Below are positions 1-10,302 of a stretch of DNA of 64,000 bases, in pieces; the stretch's first letter is position 1, and each line of letters opens with the position of its first letter. The DNA is taken from assembly GCA_053919585.1 (NCBI GenBank), contig JBSSHM010000258.1, one strand, 5' to 3'. Origin of the DNA: Euprymna scolopes. Lineage: Eukaryota. The translations under genes were made by a program, and so were the position numbers. Under the pieces are notes generated by a model. It saw only the letters and a list, made by a program, of their open reading frames with translations. It ran no database searches and was not told the DNA's origin.

Positions 1-964
1 TGACAATTTCCATCTAACTGCCGAACAAATCTATGATGCCTATAAAAAATCGGAAGAAAATGGAGATTGGATTGACAAGCTTAGCTCCATATGTGATACC
101 TCACACCCACAGCATGATTACTTTATGAATTATTTGGGTTATGGTAAAAAAGCTTTACTATTAATTTCAGAAAAATTAGGAATTTCGATACTTGAATTAA
201 AAGATTTGCAAAAGAATATTTTAGTGATTAAAAATGCCGTGCAAGAAACTAAAGACTTAATGATTGAGTCTAACTTGCGTTTAGTGGTTTCAATAGCTAA
301 AAAGTATAGCAATAGAGGATTGCCATTTTTAGATGTTATTCAAGAGGGCAATATTGGTTTAATGAAAGCAGTTGATAAATACGAATTTAGAAGAGGGTTT
401 AAATTCTCAACCTATGCTACTTGGTGGATTAGACAAGCCATTACTCGCTCGATTGCAGATCAAGCAAGAACGGTACGTGTACCAGTTCATATGATTGAGA
501 CAATTAATCGTCTCAAAAAAGTTCAGCGTCAACTCTTGCAAGAGAAAAAACGTACACCTGATGTACAAGAACTTGCTGAAGCCATGGACACAACAGTGGT
601 AAAAATTCAACAAATCATGAAAATTTCTTTAGAACCAAGCTCAATTGATGCTCCGGTAGGTGAGGATGATGAGTCTTCGCTGGGTGATTTCATTGCTGAT
701 GAGAATTTAGCCTCGCCCTTAGCTGAAACAGAAGAAATGAGCCTAAAAGATGCATTAAATCATTTATTAAAAGATTTAAACAAGCGTGAGCGAGATGTTT
801 TGATGGCCCGTTATGGAGTGAATACAGGAATTGAATTTACACTAGAGGAAGTAGGCAAGCGTTTTGAACTGACACGCGAACGTATTAGACAAATTGAGTC
901 TAAGGCTTTGAAAAAACTACGCAGTCCATTTCGCAATGAAAAAATAGGGAATTTTATTAACTAA
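1..964 (+). CDS. rpoD: RNA polymerase sigma-70 factor, 5'-truncated by window edge
   Basis: Frame open from base 2; region 2 (NLRLVVSIAKKY, FSTYATWWIRQAITR) and region 4 (TLEEVG..LTRERIRQIE) motifs. Confidence 0.97.
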   Translation, partial: DNFHLTAEQIYDAYKKSEENGDWIDKLSSICDTSHPQHDYFMNYLGYGKKALLLISEKLGISILELKDLQKNILVIKNAVQETKDLMIESNLRLVVSIAKKYSNRGLPFLDVIQEGNIGLMKAVDKYEFRRGFKFSTYATWWIRQAITRSIADQARTVRVPVHMIETINRLKKVQRQLLQEKKRTPDVQELAEAMDTTVVKIQQIMKISLEPSSIDAPVGEDDESSLGDFIADENLASPLAETEEMSLKDALNHLLKDLNKRERDVLMARYGVNTGIEFTLEEVGKRFELTRERIRQIESKALKKLRSPFRNEKIGNFIN

Positions 965-1054
965 TCCTAATAAAATGCAGCAAGTAGGTACGTTAGGTAT
1001 TCATTGATTTGGCTTAGTTGTGATACAATTTATAGTTGTTGGTTTTTATTTTTT

Positions 1055-1131
1055 GCGCTCGTAGTTCAACTGGATAGAATACCTGGCTACGAACCAGGCG
1101 GTTGGGGGTTCGAGTCCTCCCGAGCGCGCCA
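1055..1131 (+). tRNA. tRNA-Arg(ACG)
   Basis: Cloverleaf; anticodon arm cctgg-ctACGaa-ccagg, GTTCGAG T-loop, 3' CCA. Confidence 0.96.
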
Positions 1132-1239
1132 TTTATTTAGCCAATAATATTTCTTTTTCTGTCCTTTCAATTCTCATAGCAAAATACTTTCACTAAATTT
1201 ACAAGCATTTTAGTAGAAATTTAGTTCTTAAAGAGAGTT

Positions 1240-2247
1240 TTAAACCAAACCAATTGTATTTTGTACCGCTGATAAGGTTTTTTGTGCGACATTTTTGGCA
1301 GTTTCTGCACCTTTTTTGAGAATATTATCGATCTCTCCTCTATCACTGCTCAGTTCGTGATATCTCTCTTGTAATGGGCGTAAATGCTCAATTAAAGCTT
1401 CTGCAAGATCCACTTTTAAATGCCCATATCCTTTGCCTTGATAACTATCAACAATGGATTCAATGGTATTTCCTGATACTAATGAAAAAATGGTTAGTAA
1501 ATTGGCTAAACCGGGCTTATTTTTTTCATCATAGAGTATCTCAGAGCCACTATCGGTTACTGAACGTTTTATCTTTTTCTCAATGCTTTTTGCCTCATCT
1601 AAGAGAAACACAACATTTTGCTCATTACTATCAGATTTTGACATTTTTACACTTGGATCTTGTAAAGACATGATGCGTCCACCAGAAGATTTAGGAGGAA
1701 TATAAGGCTCAGGGATGGTGAATAAAGGGGATTTTTCCGTTGCGTATTCATGATTGAGGCGATGGGCAAGATTGCGACACAATTCAAGATGCTGTTTTTG
1801 ATCTTCACCAACCGGAATTAAATCACTCTGATACAGTAATATATCTGCACTCATGAGTACTGGATAGCCAAAGAGACCGGAATTGATGTTATTTGCGTGT
1901 CTTTGAGATTTATCCTTAAACTGAGTCATACGATTCAATTCACCCATATAGCTAAAGCAATTAAGTAACCAAGCCAGTTCGCTATGTTGAGGAACGTGGG
2001 ATTGAATGAAAATAGTGCTTTTCTGAGGATTTAGTCCGCAAGCGATATAGAGGGCAACAAACTGATAGCAACGTTCTCTAAGCAAATTTGGATCTTGTCG
2101 AACGGTGATAGCATGCAGATCAACCAAAGGAAAAAAGCAACGATAATCCTCTTGCATGGATGTCCATTGCTTGAGAACACCAAGATAGTTTCCAATCATT
2201 AGTTTACCTGATGGTTGAATGCCCGATAAGAGTGTTTTTTGAGTCAT
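1240..2247 (-). CDS. trpS: Tryptophan--tRNA ligase
   Basis: SGIQPSG..IGNY HIGH-like motif, VGEDQKQH, KMSKS. Confidence 0.97.
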   Translation of the reverse strand: MTQKTLLSGIQPSGKLMIGNYLGVLKQWTSMQEDYRCFFPLVDLHAITVRQDPNLLRERCYQFVALYIACGLNPQKSTIFIQSHVPQHSELAWLLNCFSYMGELNRMTQFKDKSQRHANNINSGLFGYPVLMSADILLYQSDLIPVGEDQKQHLELCRNLAHRLNHEYATEKSPLFTIPEPYIPPKSSGGRIMSLQDPSVKMSKSDSNEQNVVFLLDEAKSIEKKIKRSVTDSGSEILYDEKNKPGLANLLTIFSLVSGNTIESIVDSYQGKGYGHLKVDLAEALIEHLRPLQERYHELSSDRGEIDNILKKGAETAKNVAQKTLSAVQNTIGLV

Positions 2248-2284
2248 AAAATAGATAATTATAAGGGTAGGGAGTTAAGATAAA

Positions 2285-2312
2285 TGGCGCGCCCAGGAGG
2301 ATTCGAACCTCC

Positions 2313-2344
<32 letters not shown>

Positions 2345-2361
2345 AGCTGAGCTATGGGCGC
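2285..2361 (-). tRNA. tRNA-Arg(TCT)
   Basis: Reverse complement gcgcccatagctcagctggatagagcaacggc-ctTCTaa-gccgt...ggttcgaatcc...cgcca. Confidence 0.96.
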
Positions 2362-2414
2362 ATTGTTGCTATCAGGATTGTTTATATAGTTAACTTAACC
2401 CAAATTAGCTATTT

Positions 2415-3464
2415 TTAAAAATCAAACTGATATTGAAAGATAAAACTTTCTTTTTGTTCACCAAGAAATCCTATGTATTGTTTATTATTTGAACCAAGAT
2501 TGGCACTTACTAATAAACGATTATGTTTATCTGCTTGATAAACCGTACCAACATAGAGAAGTAGTTGGCTGTTAACATTTTCATCAAATGCTTCAGTTGA
2601 TCTAAAATAAATTTGCCAAAATCTATTGGGTGTCCAATCTATCTGAATGGTTGAAACATTACGTGATTTAGCTGCATCACTCCCGTAGGCGTGATCAACA
2701 TGGCTATAGTTATAAAACATTCCCCATAATGGCGAGAAATCAATATCCATACCAATATCATAATAACGGGTAGCATGAAAGGTTTGATTCCATGTGCTAC
2801 TATTGTTATATTCTTGAGCGGCAATACTTCCTTGAATCTTTAGGAGCTTGCCCATTTGATAGCCTAAACGTGTTGCTAATAGAGGAGCTTTTGAAAGATT
2901 TTCAATTGTTTTATTTTCGGTACTAATAAATTGTGCTCGATAAGCTGGGTTAAATACACCTATATCATAGACAAAGCCTTTTTTACTGTAGCGAATTTGT
3001 AGCCCTGTTGATTGTTTTGGTCCCATTAAATAATTAACTGTATGACTCCCTGTAATCGTGTCACGATCATGGTTAAGCATACCGAAAGGAATATTTTTAA
3101 ACCCTAAAATCAACTCCCAATTTTCACTCATGTTCATTCCTGTATAAGCTTCGCGAATAATTGATGGAATAGAGTTGGTGTAGCTTGAGGAATGGTTATA
3201 CTTTTCAAGTTGAAGATTGAGTTTGGCAAAACCTTTTGGAGTGTAGGTATCAAAGCCAAACCAAACTCGATCAGCGGCAAAATTTGCCTTATCATCTTTG
3301 ATTTGCAAAGATGAATGCAATTGTCCATTCATCCCAAATTGTATGACGGCAGAAGCATTCTGTATAAAAATAACTTGCCCTGCTATCAATACAGAGAGGA
3401 TGAAAATTCTATGATTAGTAATAATACTGCACAAAAGTTTAGCGAGTTGGAAATGATTATTCAA
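2415..3464 (-). CDS. Outer-membrane beta-barrel protein, porin-like
   Basis: Signal peptide, amphipathic beta-strand pattern, C-terminal FQYQFDF barrel signature; true start may be downstream. Confidence 0.65.
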   Translation of the reverse strand: MNNHFQLAKLLCSIITNHRIFILSVLIAGQVIFIQNASAVIQFGMNGQLHSSLQIKDDKANFAADRVWFGFDTYTPKGFAKLNLQLEKYNHSSSYTNSIPSIIREAYTGMNMSENWELILGFKNIPFGMLNHDRDTITGSHTVNYLMGPKQSTGLQIRYSKKGFVYDIGVFNPAYRAQFISTENKTIENLSKAPLLATRLGYQMGKLLKIQGSIAAQEYNNSSTWNQTFHATRYYDIGMDIDFSPLWGMFYNYSHVDHAYGSDAAKSRNVSTIQIDWTPNRFWQIYFRSTEAFDENVNSQLLLYVGTVYQADKHNRLLVSANLGSNNKQYIGFLGEQKESFIFQYQFDF

Positions 3465-3629
3465 AATTATAAAAAATTAGATAGGTTAGATAGGTATGTA
3501 TATTTATTTGGTGAAAAAAACAACTATCAGTTAATTTTACCAAATATAGTAGTCCTATTTGTTGAGTTGCTTTAAAATTGCACAGATTATAAACTTATTT
3601 ATATTTTTTACCACTTTTTTATTACTATA

Positions 3630-6392
3630 ATGAACGACAAACAGTTATTAAGTCCTTTTATTGAAGATTGTTTACATAAGTACTCGGATTTGGACTTAGA
3701 AGATGTGAGATTGGTTAAAGAATCTACACAATCTCAATTTCTGCACTGGTTAGAAGAGCATACAGCTGATTTAAATGAAGATGAATTCTTAACTAGCATG
3801 TGTGAACTAAGAAAAAAAACTTGGGCAAAATTAGCCTACTTAGAAGTTCATCAAAAATTATCAATTGAAGAGGGGGCAAGACAATTAAGCTATTATGCAA
3901 AAGCTTGTTTAGAGCATGTAGCAAATCATTGTTTTACTCTCTTATGTGAGCGATTTGGTATTCCGTGCAAAGAAGAGGGAAAAATAAAACCTATGCTATG
4001 GAGCATTTTATGTATGGGTAAGCTCGGAGGGAATGAACTTAACTTTTCCTCAGATATTGATATTATTTTATGTTATGACAATTATGGTGAAGAATTGCCT
4101 AATGATTACCTAAAAAATGGGGAGAGGGGTTGTCGTATTTCAGAACAAGAGTTTTATCAATATTTTGCTCGTTCACTAGCCAAGATATTTAATCAAAACT
4201 CTCAAGCTGATGTAGTATTTAGGTTAGATATGCGTTTGCGTCCGTTTGGGAGCAGTGGTGCGTTAGTTTGTAGTCATTCATTTTTGCAAAATTATCTGCA
4301 AAATCATGCCCGTGAATGGGAGAGACTGGCTTATGCTAAAGCCAGCATCATCAGTCCTCACCCGCAAATAACAGAAAAATTTTCTGCATTAATAATCCCC
4401 TTTGTTTATCGGCAATATACTGATTATGGGATTTTGAAATCCATTCGTGATATGCGAGATTTGATTGTTGATAGCTTACATCACAAACAACTTTCCAATA
4501 ACATTAAAAAAGGGTTTGGAGGCATTCGCTTACTGGAATTTAGTTTACAAAGCATTCAATTCACCTTATACACAAAATATCCTGATTTAAAAATACGAGG
4601 AGCTTTTGCATTTTTAAAGGCTTTAAAAAGCTTAGGAATTATGGATGAACAAGTGGACAAATTCTATCAATACCTTTGTTTTTTAAGGCGTTTAGAACAT
4701 CGCTTACAAATATGGCAAGACAAACAAACGCATGCCTTACCTGAAGAAGATGATTACAAACAATGGCAATGGTTAGCAGAGAGTATGCAGTACATAAATG
4801 TTGCTGATTTACAAGCAGAAATACAGCAAATAAGGACTCATGTGCATCAGATTTTTGAGAAAATCCTGCCTGATATTCCCAGTAAAGACTATGCCTTATT
4901 TCACAGCGATAAAACTTATGAAGAGTCTGATTTATGGGAGAGATTAGGGTTGGTAAAAAATGATGCAAACATCAAACTATTTAATCATTTTATTATTGGC
5001 TTATCAAATTTTTTATGCACACGAATTTGGAAGGAAGCCACGCAGCAAGCACAAGATAGATTTTCTCGATTATTACCACAGCTTATTAGCTTGATAGAAA
5101 CCTACTTAATAAACCAACAAGAAAAGCAAGAGAAATTTAATGATGAATCTAACTGGGAAAATTTATTTAGTTTGCTCACAGCCATTATCAGGCGTAGTGC
5201 CTACTTGAGTTTGCTACAGGAATATCCTCATGTATTAAACAGAGTGCTAATATGGAGCCAAGAACAACCGTGGCTTATCCAACAAGTGATTAACCATCCA
5301 ATATTGTTAGAAAGTATTATTAATAAAAAAAATTTACCTAAAGAAATCCATCGTATCGCTCTAAGAAAGCAATGTCAAGATATGATAAACAATCAACAAC
5401 TGGGTTATGAAAAAAAAATCAATCAATTGCGAGAGATTAAAATGACTGCTGTGTTTAAAACAGCTGAGTTGAATCAAAGTGAAAAAATAGGAACCTATCG
5501 ATTAAGTGATCATTTGACTAATATTGCACGTGAAATCGTCATTGCTGCCTTGCAAATTGCCATGCAAGATCTACAGCCACAATGGCAATCCAAAATAGAT
5601 ATAGATTGGGAGAATATTCCTATTTTATTTGTTGGTTATGGTAAGCTTGGAAGTTTTGAATTGGGTTATGGTTCGGATTTGGATATGGTTATTTTATATG
5701 ATGATAAATCCATTAATGCTCAATCTTACTTACCCTTTATATTAAGATTAGCTCGTAAAACGCTAGATATATTAAGCTTATATAGTTTAGCAGGAAAATG
5801 CTATGAAGTGGATTGTCGCCTTCGTCCAGATGGAGATAAAGGGCTATTAGTAACTGGAATTTCTCAATATAAAGATTATTTATTAAATAGGGCATGGACA
5901 TGGGAAAAACAAGCCTTAATTAAAGCAAGAAGTATTGCTGGCAATCGAGATTTGGCTAATCAATTTGTACATATTAGAAAAGATGTATTATCAGTAATTG
6001 AAGATAATCAAGCCCTATCAAAAGATATTATTGAAATGCGTGATAAAATGCGTCGCTCACTTGATCGATCTAACGATCAATATTTTCATATCAAACAAGG
6101 CTTGGGTGGAATGATTGATATTGAATTTCTCACTCAATATTGGGCAATCAAGCTTATTCCGATTTATCCAAATTTATTGCGTAGCCGTAGTGTCAGCACG
6201 TTATTAAGGAATCTATCTAAGCATACAGAATGTTTGCTACACACTGATAAATTAATTAAAATTTACCTAGATTACCGAGCATTCGTGCATCAATTAGCAT
6301 TAGATAATAGAAAATCAGTTGTTAGTAGTAAATTATTTGAAGAACAGCGTGAATTTGTTATCAAGCAATGGAAGTTAACTTTCAAAAATTAA
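3630..6392 (+). CDS. glnE: Bifunctional glutamine synthetase adenylyltransferase/deadenylylase
   Basis: Two nucleotidyltransferase domains (GKLGGNELNFSSDID; GKLGSFELGYGSDLD), DMRLRP/DCRLRP. Confidence 0.95.
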   Translation: MNDKQLLSPFIEDCLHKYSDLDLEDVRLVKESTQSQFLHWLEEHTADLNEDEFLTSMCELRKKTWAKLAYLEVHQKLSIEEGARQLSYYAKACLEHVANHCFTLLCERFGIPCKEEGKIKPMLWSILCMGKLGGNELNFSSDIDIILCYDNYGEELPNDYLKNGERGCRISEQEFYQYFARSLAKIFNQNSQADVVFRLDMRLRPFGSSGALVCSHSFLQNYLQNHAREWERLAYAKASIISPHPQITEKFSALIIPFVYRQYTDYGILKSIRDMRDLIVDSLHHKQLSNNIKKGFGGIRLLEFSLQSIQFTLYTKYPDLKIRGAFAFLKALKSLGIMDEQVDKFYQYLCFLRRLEHRLQIWQDKQTHALPEEDDYKQWQWLAESMQYINVADLQAEIQQIRTHVHQIFEKILPDIPSKDYALFHSDKTYEESDLWERLGLVKNDANIKLFNHFIIGLSNFLCTRIWKEATQQAQDRFSRLLPQLISLIETYLINQQEKQEKFNDESNWENLFSLLTAIIRRSAYLSLLQEYPHVLNRVLIWSQEQPWLIQQVINHPILLESIINKKNLPKEIHRIALRKQCQDMINNQQLGYEKKINQLREIKMTAVFKTAELNQSEKIGTYRLSDHLTNIAREIVIAALQIAMQDLQPQWQSKIDIDWENIPILFVGYGKLGSFELGYGSDLDMVILYDDKSINAQSYLPFILRLARKTLDILSLYSLAGKCYEVDCRLRPDGDKGLLVTGISQYKDYLLNRAWTWEKQALIKARSIAGNRDLANQFVHIRKDVLSVIEDNQALSKDIIEMRDKMRRSLDRSNDQYFHIKQGLGGMIDIEFLTQYWAIKLIPIYPNLLRSRSVSTLLRNLSKHTECLLHTDKLIKIYLDYRAFVHQLALDNRKSVVSSKLFEEQREFVIKQWKLTFKN

Positions 6393-6397
6393 AAATT

Positions 6398-6979
6398 CTA
6401 GGGCGTAAGTCCTCCAAAACCCATAAAGGATATTGCCATACATCCAGCTGTGATTAAAGCAATTGGTGCATGTTTAAATGGCATAGGGATGTCTGCACCA
6501 ACTAATCGCTCACGAATGGTTGAGAACAAAATTAATACAACCGTAAATCCCACGGCTGCACTAAAACCATACCATGCTGATTCAAATAAAGAGTTTGCAT
6601 GACGAGTATTCAAAAGTGCCACACCAAGCACCGCACAATTGCTGGTGATGAGTGGTAAATAAATACCCAGCATTTGATGAATTACAGGAACGAGCTTACG
6701 CATCATCAATTCGCAAATTCCTACAACGGAAGCAATTGTGATGATAAACACAATGGTTTGTAAATACACCACACCAAGTGGTAACAAAAGATAATGAAAT
6801 AGGGCGTAACTTAGAGTAGAAGTGGTCGTTAGCACAAAAGAGGTTGCTAACCCCATGCCTAATGCTGCTTCGGGTTTTTGTGATACCCCCATAAATGGAC
6901 ATAGTCCAAGAAACTTTACTAACACATAATTATTCACCAATACGGTGCCAATAAGAATCCAAATCCAATCCAAGTTCAA
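6398..6979 (-). CDS. rsxA: Rnf/Rsx electron transport complex subunit A
   Basis: VNNYVLVKFLGLCPFMGVS, LPLITSNCAVLG. Confidence 0.95.
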   Translation of the reverse strand: MNLDWIWILIGTVLVNNYVLVKFLGLCPFMGVSQKPEAALGMGLATSFVLTTTSTLSYALFHYLLLPLGVVYLQTIVFIITIASVVGICELMMRKLVPVIHQMLGIYLPLITSNCAVLGVALLNTRHANSLFESAWYGFSAAVGFTVVLILFSTIRERLVGADIPMPFKHAPIALITAGCMAISFMGFGGLTP

Positions 6980-7287
6980 ATCTAAAGAGTATTATTGTGT
7001 TTATTGTGATTCAAGCTATTTTATACAAAGGCAAAGATGCAAAATTTGTCTGGTAAAAGGTTGTAAAAATCGTGTACATATTCAATAAAAGCAACAAACA
7101 AAAGAGAGAACACGATTGATTAAAGCCTGAAATGATTATACCCTCAGTTTTTCAAGAATGCTACAAAATTAAAAACAGTACAAAGCAATAAGCAAAAATA
7201 GTGGCATTGCATAGCAAAATTATTCATCCCTATCACTTTACTCTTCTCCACAGGGATAAAAAATTAGGAAATAGGCTTTGGATTTGT

Positions 7288-7395
7288 TTATGGAATGGTT
7301 ACATCTAAGGTAACGGGGTCAGATTTACCCAAGTGGTTCATGGCATAAAGAGTAAATGTATATGTTCCTGCTCCTCCTAATGGGGTGGTGCACAT
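7288..7395 (-). pseudogene. Diverged fragment of the lipoprotein C-terminus (35 codons), copy 1
   Basis: Translates MCTTPLGGAGTYTFTLYAMNHLGKSDPVTLDVTIP*, homologous to ..NPLGGAGTYTFSVYAINHLGKAPKESITVVIP of the adjacent gene. Confidence 0.8.
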
Positions 7396-7483
7396 TCTCA
7401 AAGTCTCTGTAATAAATGGACAGTCCTTATGTTAGTTGATTATAGGTTAGTAAATATACTATATAAATATAAGCGATTTTCTC

Positions 7484-8656
7484 TTAAAATTTTCCTTCTG
7501 GAATCACGACAGTAATACTTTCTTTTGGTGCTTTGCCTAGATGATTGATGGCATAAACGCTGAAGGTGTATGTACCTGCTCCACCTAATGGATTGGTACG
7601 CACGTAAAGAGGAGCTTTATAAAAATCATCGCTATCTAATAAATGTAAAGTTTGTTTTCCATGTACTTTTGTTGAACTATTAAAGGTATTTTTCCTACCG
7701 ACACTATGCATTTGTGGAAATCCAGTGATGGTTTCATATTCAATGACATAGTATTGTGTATTCGGATCAATTCCTGTCCATTCTAATTCCACGGATTTGT
7801 CTGAATTGTAGCGGATAATTTTTAAACTGTTATCTGTAATACTGTCCTTCGGTGCCGTGGTAAAAGGCAAAAGGTGTGCTCGCATTATATTTCCCGTTAA
7901 TACGACTTCTATTTGTACTCTAAATGATTTTAAAGTAGAGTTGAATATAGATCCAAAATTCATGTTCCCACCAATTTCTCTTTTTGATGAAGGTCCTGGT
8001 CCATAAATATTCCACGGATCATGAATGCTATTATAAAATTGAATGTATAAGGCAGTATTATCTGAATATGCAATCTTATCCTCTTTATTAAGTATTTGGG
8101 TTCTACCAAGTGGTATCTCTTGGTTAAATACAATGTCCAAAATAGCCTCTTGCCTACCAGGAGGGTAAGTTGATTTCCCATTAATAACTGGAATGACTTC
8201 TATGGAATTCCAATCAAAGCGATCTGCTGTGCGTGTATTATCAGTTTTGACTGTGTAGGTGGCTGTATCAGATACTCCTAAGGAGTTATTATTTTTATCA
8301 AAGGCTTCTATAGTAAATTTATAGATGCCTTGTCGAACACCGATAATGTGATATCTACGACTAAAAAATCCCGTCATGGTGGGTACTTTATCTGAGTTAA
8401 TGTTGTAGTAAGAGACTTTAGCTGTTGGATTAGTCATTGTTTTTGCAGTAGTCCAGTTAGCAAATTTTTCCCATTCAATCCGCACATTGCCATGGCTAGT
8501 GGGTTCAAATATTTTCATGTATGAGGGGATGGAATTAGGATTAGGATTCTTATTTGAAACTGAATCATCAGAGGATGATGGACCACAGCCTTGAATAAAC
8601 AAAGCTAGAAATAACACTAAAGAGAATAGGGTAAAAGAGGTTATTTTTTTCATCAT
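7484..8656 (-). CDS. Surface lipoprotein with FN3/Ig-like domains, copy A (390 aa)
   Basis: Lipobox FIQG-C24, Ser/Asn/Pro linker, FN3-like patterns (VRIEW..YKFTIEAFD; VELEWT..YYVIEY..YTFSVYAIN); domain call inferred. Confidence 0.75.
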   Translation of the reverse strand: MMKKITSFTLFSLVLFLALFIQGCGPSSSDDSVSNKNPNPNSIPSYMKIFEPTSHGNVRIEWEKFANWTTAKTMTNPTAKVSYYNINSDKVPTMTGFFSRRYHIIGVRQGIYKFTIEAFDKNNNSLGVSDTATYTVKTDNTRTADRFDWNSIEVIPVINGKSTYPPGRQEAILDIVFNQEIPLGRTQILNKEDKIAYSDNTALYIQFYNSIHDPWNIYGPGPSSKREIGGNMNFGSIFNSTLKSFRVQIEVVLTGNIMRAHLLPFTTAPKDSITDNSLKIIRYNSDKSVELEWTGIDPNTQYYVIEYETITGFPQMHSVGRKNTFNSSTKVHGKQTLHLLDSDDFYKAPLYVRTNPLGGAGTYTFSVYAINHLGKAPKESITVVIPEGKF

Positions 8657-8766
8657 TTTTTGTATTTCAATCCTACATATATCTAGTTTAATACTATGTT
8701 AGTTGATTGTATCACTTTACTCTTCTCCACAGGGATAAAAAATTAGGAAATAGGCTTTGGATTTGT

Positions 8767-8874
8767 TTATGGAATGGTTACATCTAAGGTAACGGGGTCA
8801 GATTTACCCAAGTGGTTCATGGCATAAAGAGTAAATGTATATGTTCCTGCTCCTCCTAATGGGGTGGTGCACAT
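8767..8874 (-). pseudogene. Diverged fragment of the lipoprotein C-terminus, copy 2
   Basis: Identical to 7288-7395 at offset 1479. Confidence 0.8.
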
Positions 8875-8962
8875 TCTCAAAGTCTCTGTAATAAATGGAC
8901 AGTCCTTATGTTAGTTGATTATAGGTTAGTAAATATACTATATAAATATAAGCGATTTTCTC

Positions 8963-10147
8963 TTAAAATTTTCCTTCTGGAATCACGACAGTAATACTTT
9001 CTTTTGGTGCTTTGCCTAGATGATTGATGGCATAAACGCTGAAGGTGTATGTACCTGCTCCACCTAATGGATTGGTACGCACGTAAAGAGGAGCTTTATA
9101 AAAATCATCGCTATCTAATAAAAGTAAAGTTTGTTTTCCATGTACTTTTGTTGAACTATTAAAGGTATTTCTCCTACCGACACTATGCATTTGTGGAAAT
9201 CCAGTGATGGTTTCATATTCAATGACATAGTATTGTGTATTCGGATCAATTCCTGTCCATTCTAATTCCACGGATTTGTCTGAATTGTAGCGGATAATTT
9301 TTAAACTGTTATCTGTAATACTGTCCTTCGGTGCCGTGGTAAAAGGCAAAAGGTGTGCTCGCATTATATTTCCCGTTAATACGACTTCTATTTGTACTCT
9401 AAATGATTTTAAAGTAGAGTTGAATACAAATCCAAAACTTATGTCCCCACCAATTTCTCTTTTTGATGAAGGTCCTGGTCCATAAATATTCCACGGATTA
9501 TAAACGCCATTATAAAATTCAATGTATGTGCCAGTATTATTTGAATATGAAATCGTATCCTCTTTATTAGTTCTAGTAGCTTTATTAAGTATTTGGGTTC
9601 TACCAAGTGGTATCTCTTGGTTAAATACAATGTCCAAAATAGCCTCTTGCCTACCAGGAGGTCTAGTTGATTTCCCATTAATAACTGGAATGACTTCTAT
9701 GGAATTCCAATCAAAGCGATCTGCTGTGCGTGTATTATCAGTTTTGACTGTGTAGGTGGCTGTATCAGATACTCCTAAGGAGTTATTATTTTTATCAAAG
9801 GCTTCTATAGTAAATTTATAGATGCCTTGTCGAACACCGATAATGTGATATCTACGACTAAAAAATCCCGTCATGGTGGGTACTTTATCTGAGTTAATGT
9901 TGTAGTAAGAGACTTTAGCTGTTGGATTAGTCATTGTTTTTGCAGTAGTCCAGTTAGCAAATTTTTCCCATTCAATCCGCACATTGCCATGGCTAGTGGG
10001 TTCAAATATTTTCATGTATGAGGGGATGGGATTAGGATTCTTATTTGAAACTGAATCATCAGAGGATGATGGACCACAGCCTTGAATAAACAAAGCTAGA
10101 AATAACACTAAAGAGAATAGGGTAAAAGAGGTTATTTTTTTCATCAT
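8963..10147 (-). CDS. Surface lipoprotein with FN3/Ig-like domains, copy B (394 aa)
   Basis: Near-identical paralog of 7484-8656. Confidence 0.75.
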   Translation of the reverse strand: MMKKITSFTLFSLVLFLALFIQGCGPSSSDDSVSNKNPNPIPSYMKIFEPTSHGNVRIEWEKFANWTTAKTMTNPTAKVSYYNINSDKVPTMTGFFSRRYHIIGVRQGIYKFTIEAFDKNNNSLGVSDTATYTVKTDNTRTADRFDWNSIEVIPVINGKSTRPPGRQEAILDIVFNQEIPLGRTQILNKATRTNKEDTISYSNNTGTYIEFYNGVYNPWNIYGPGPSSKREIGGDISFGFVFNSTLKSFRVQIEVVLTGNIMRAHLLPFTTAPKDSITDNSLKIIRYNSDKSVELEWTGIDPNTQYYVIEYETITGFPQMHSVGRRNTFNSSTKVHGKQTLLLLDSDDFYKAPLYVRTNPLGGAGTYTFSVYAINHLGKAPKESITVVIPEGKF

Positions 10148-10302
10148 TTTTTGTATTTCAATCCTACATATATCTAGTTTAATACTATGTTAGTTAATTG
10201 TATCACTTTACTCTTCTCCACAGGGATAAAAAATTAGGGAATAGGCTTTGGATTTGTTTATGGAATTTTTACATCTAAGGTAACTTACATATGCATTAAC
10301 AT

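Larger units (their letters stand above)
7231..10284. repeat. Tandem duplication: unit 1 7231-8709 (1479 bp), unit 2 8710-10200 (1491 bp), partial third unit 10201-10284
   Basis: tatcactttactcttctccacagggataaa restarts at 7231, 8710 and 10201; intergenic parts essentially identical. Confidence 0.95.

Noticed and set aside
7288-10147. Diversity-generating retroelement (template/variable repeat pair)
   Set aside because: Cassette-versus-gene and A-versus-B differences are not adenine-specific, and no reverse transcriptase is in the window
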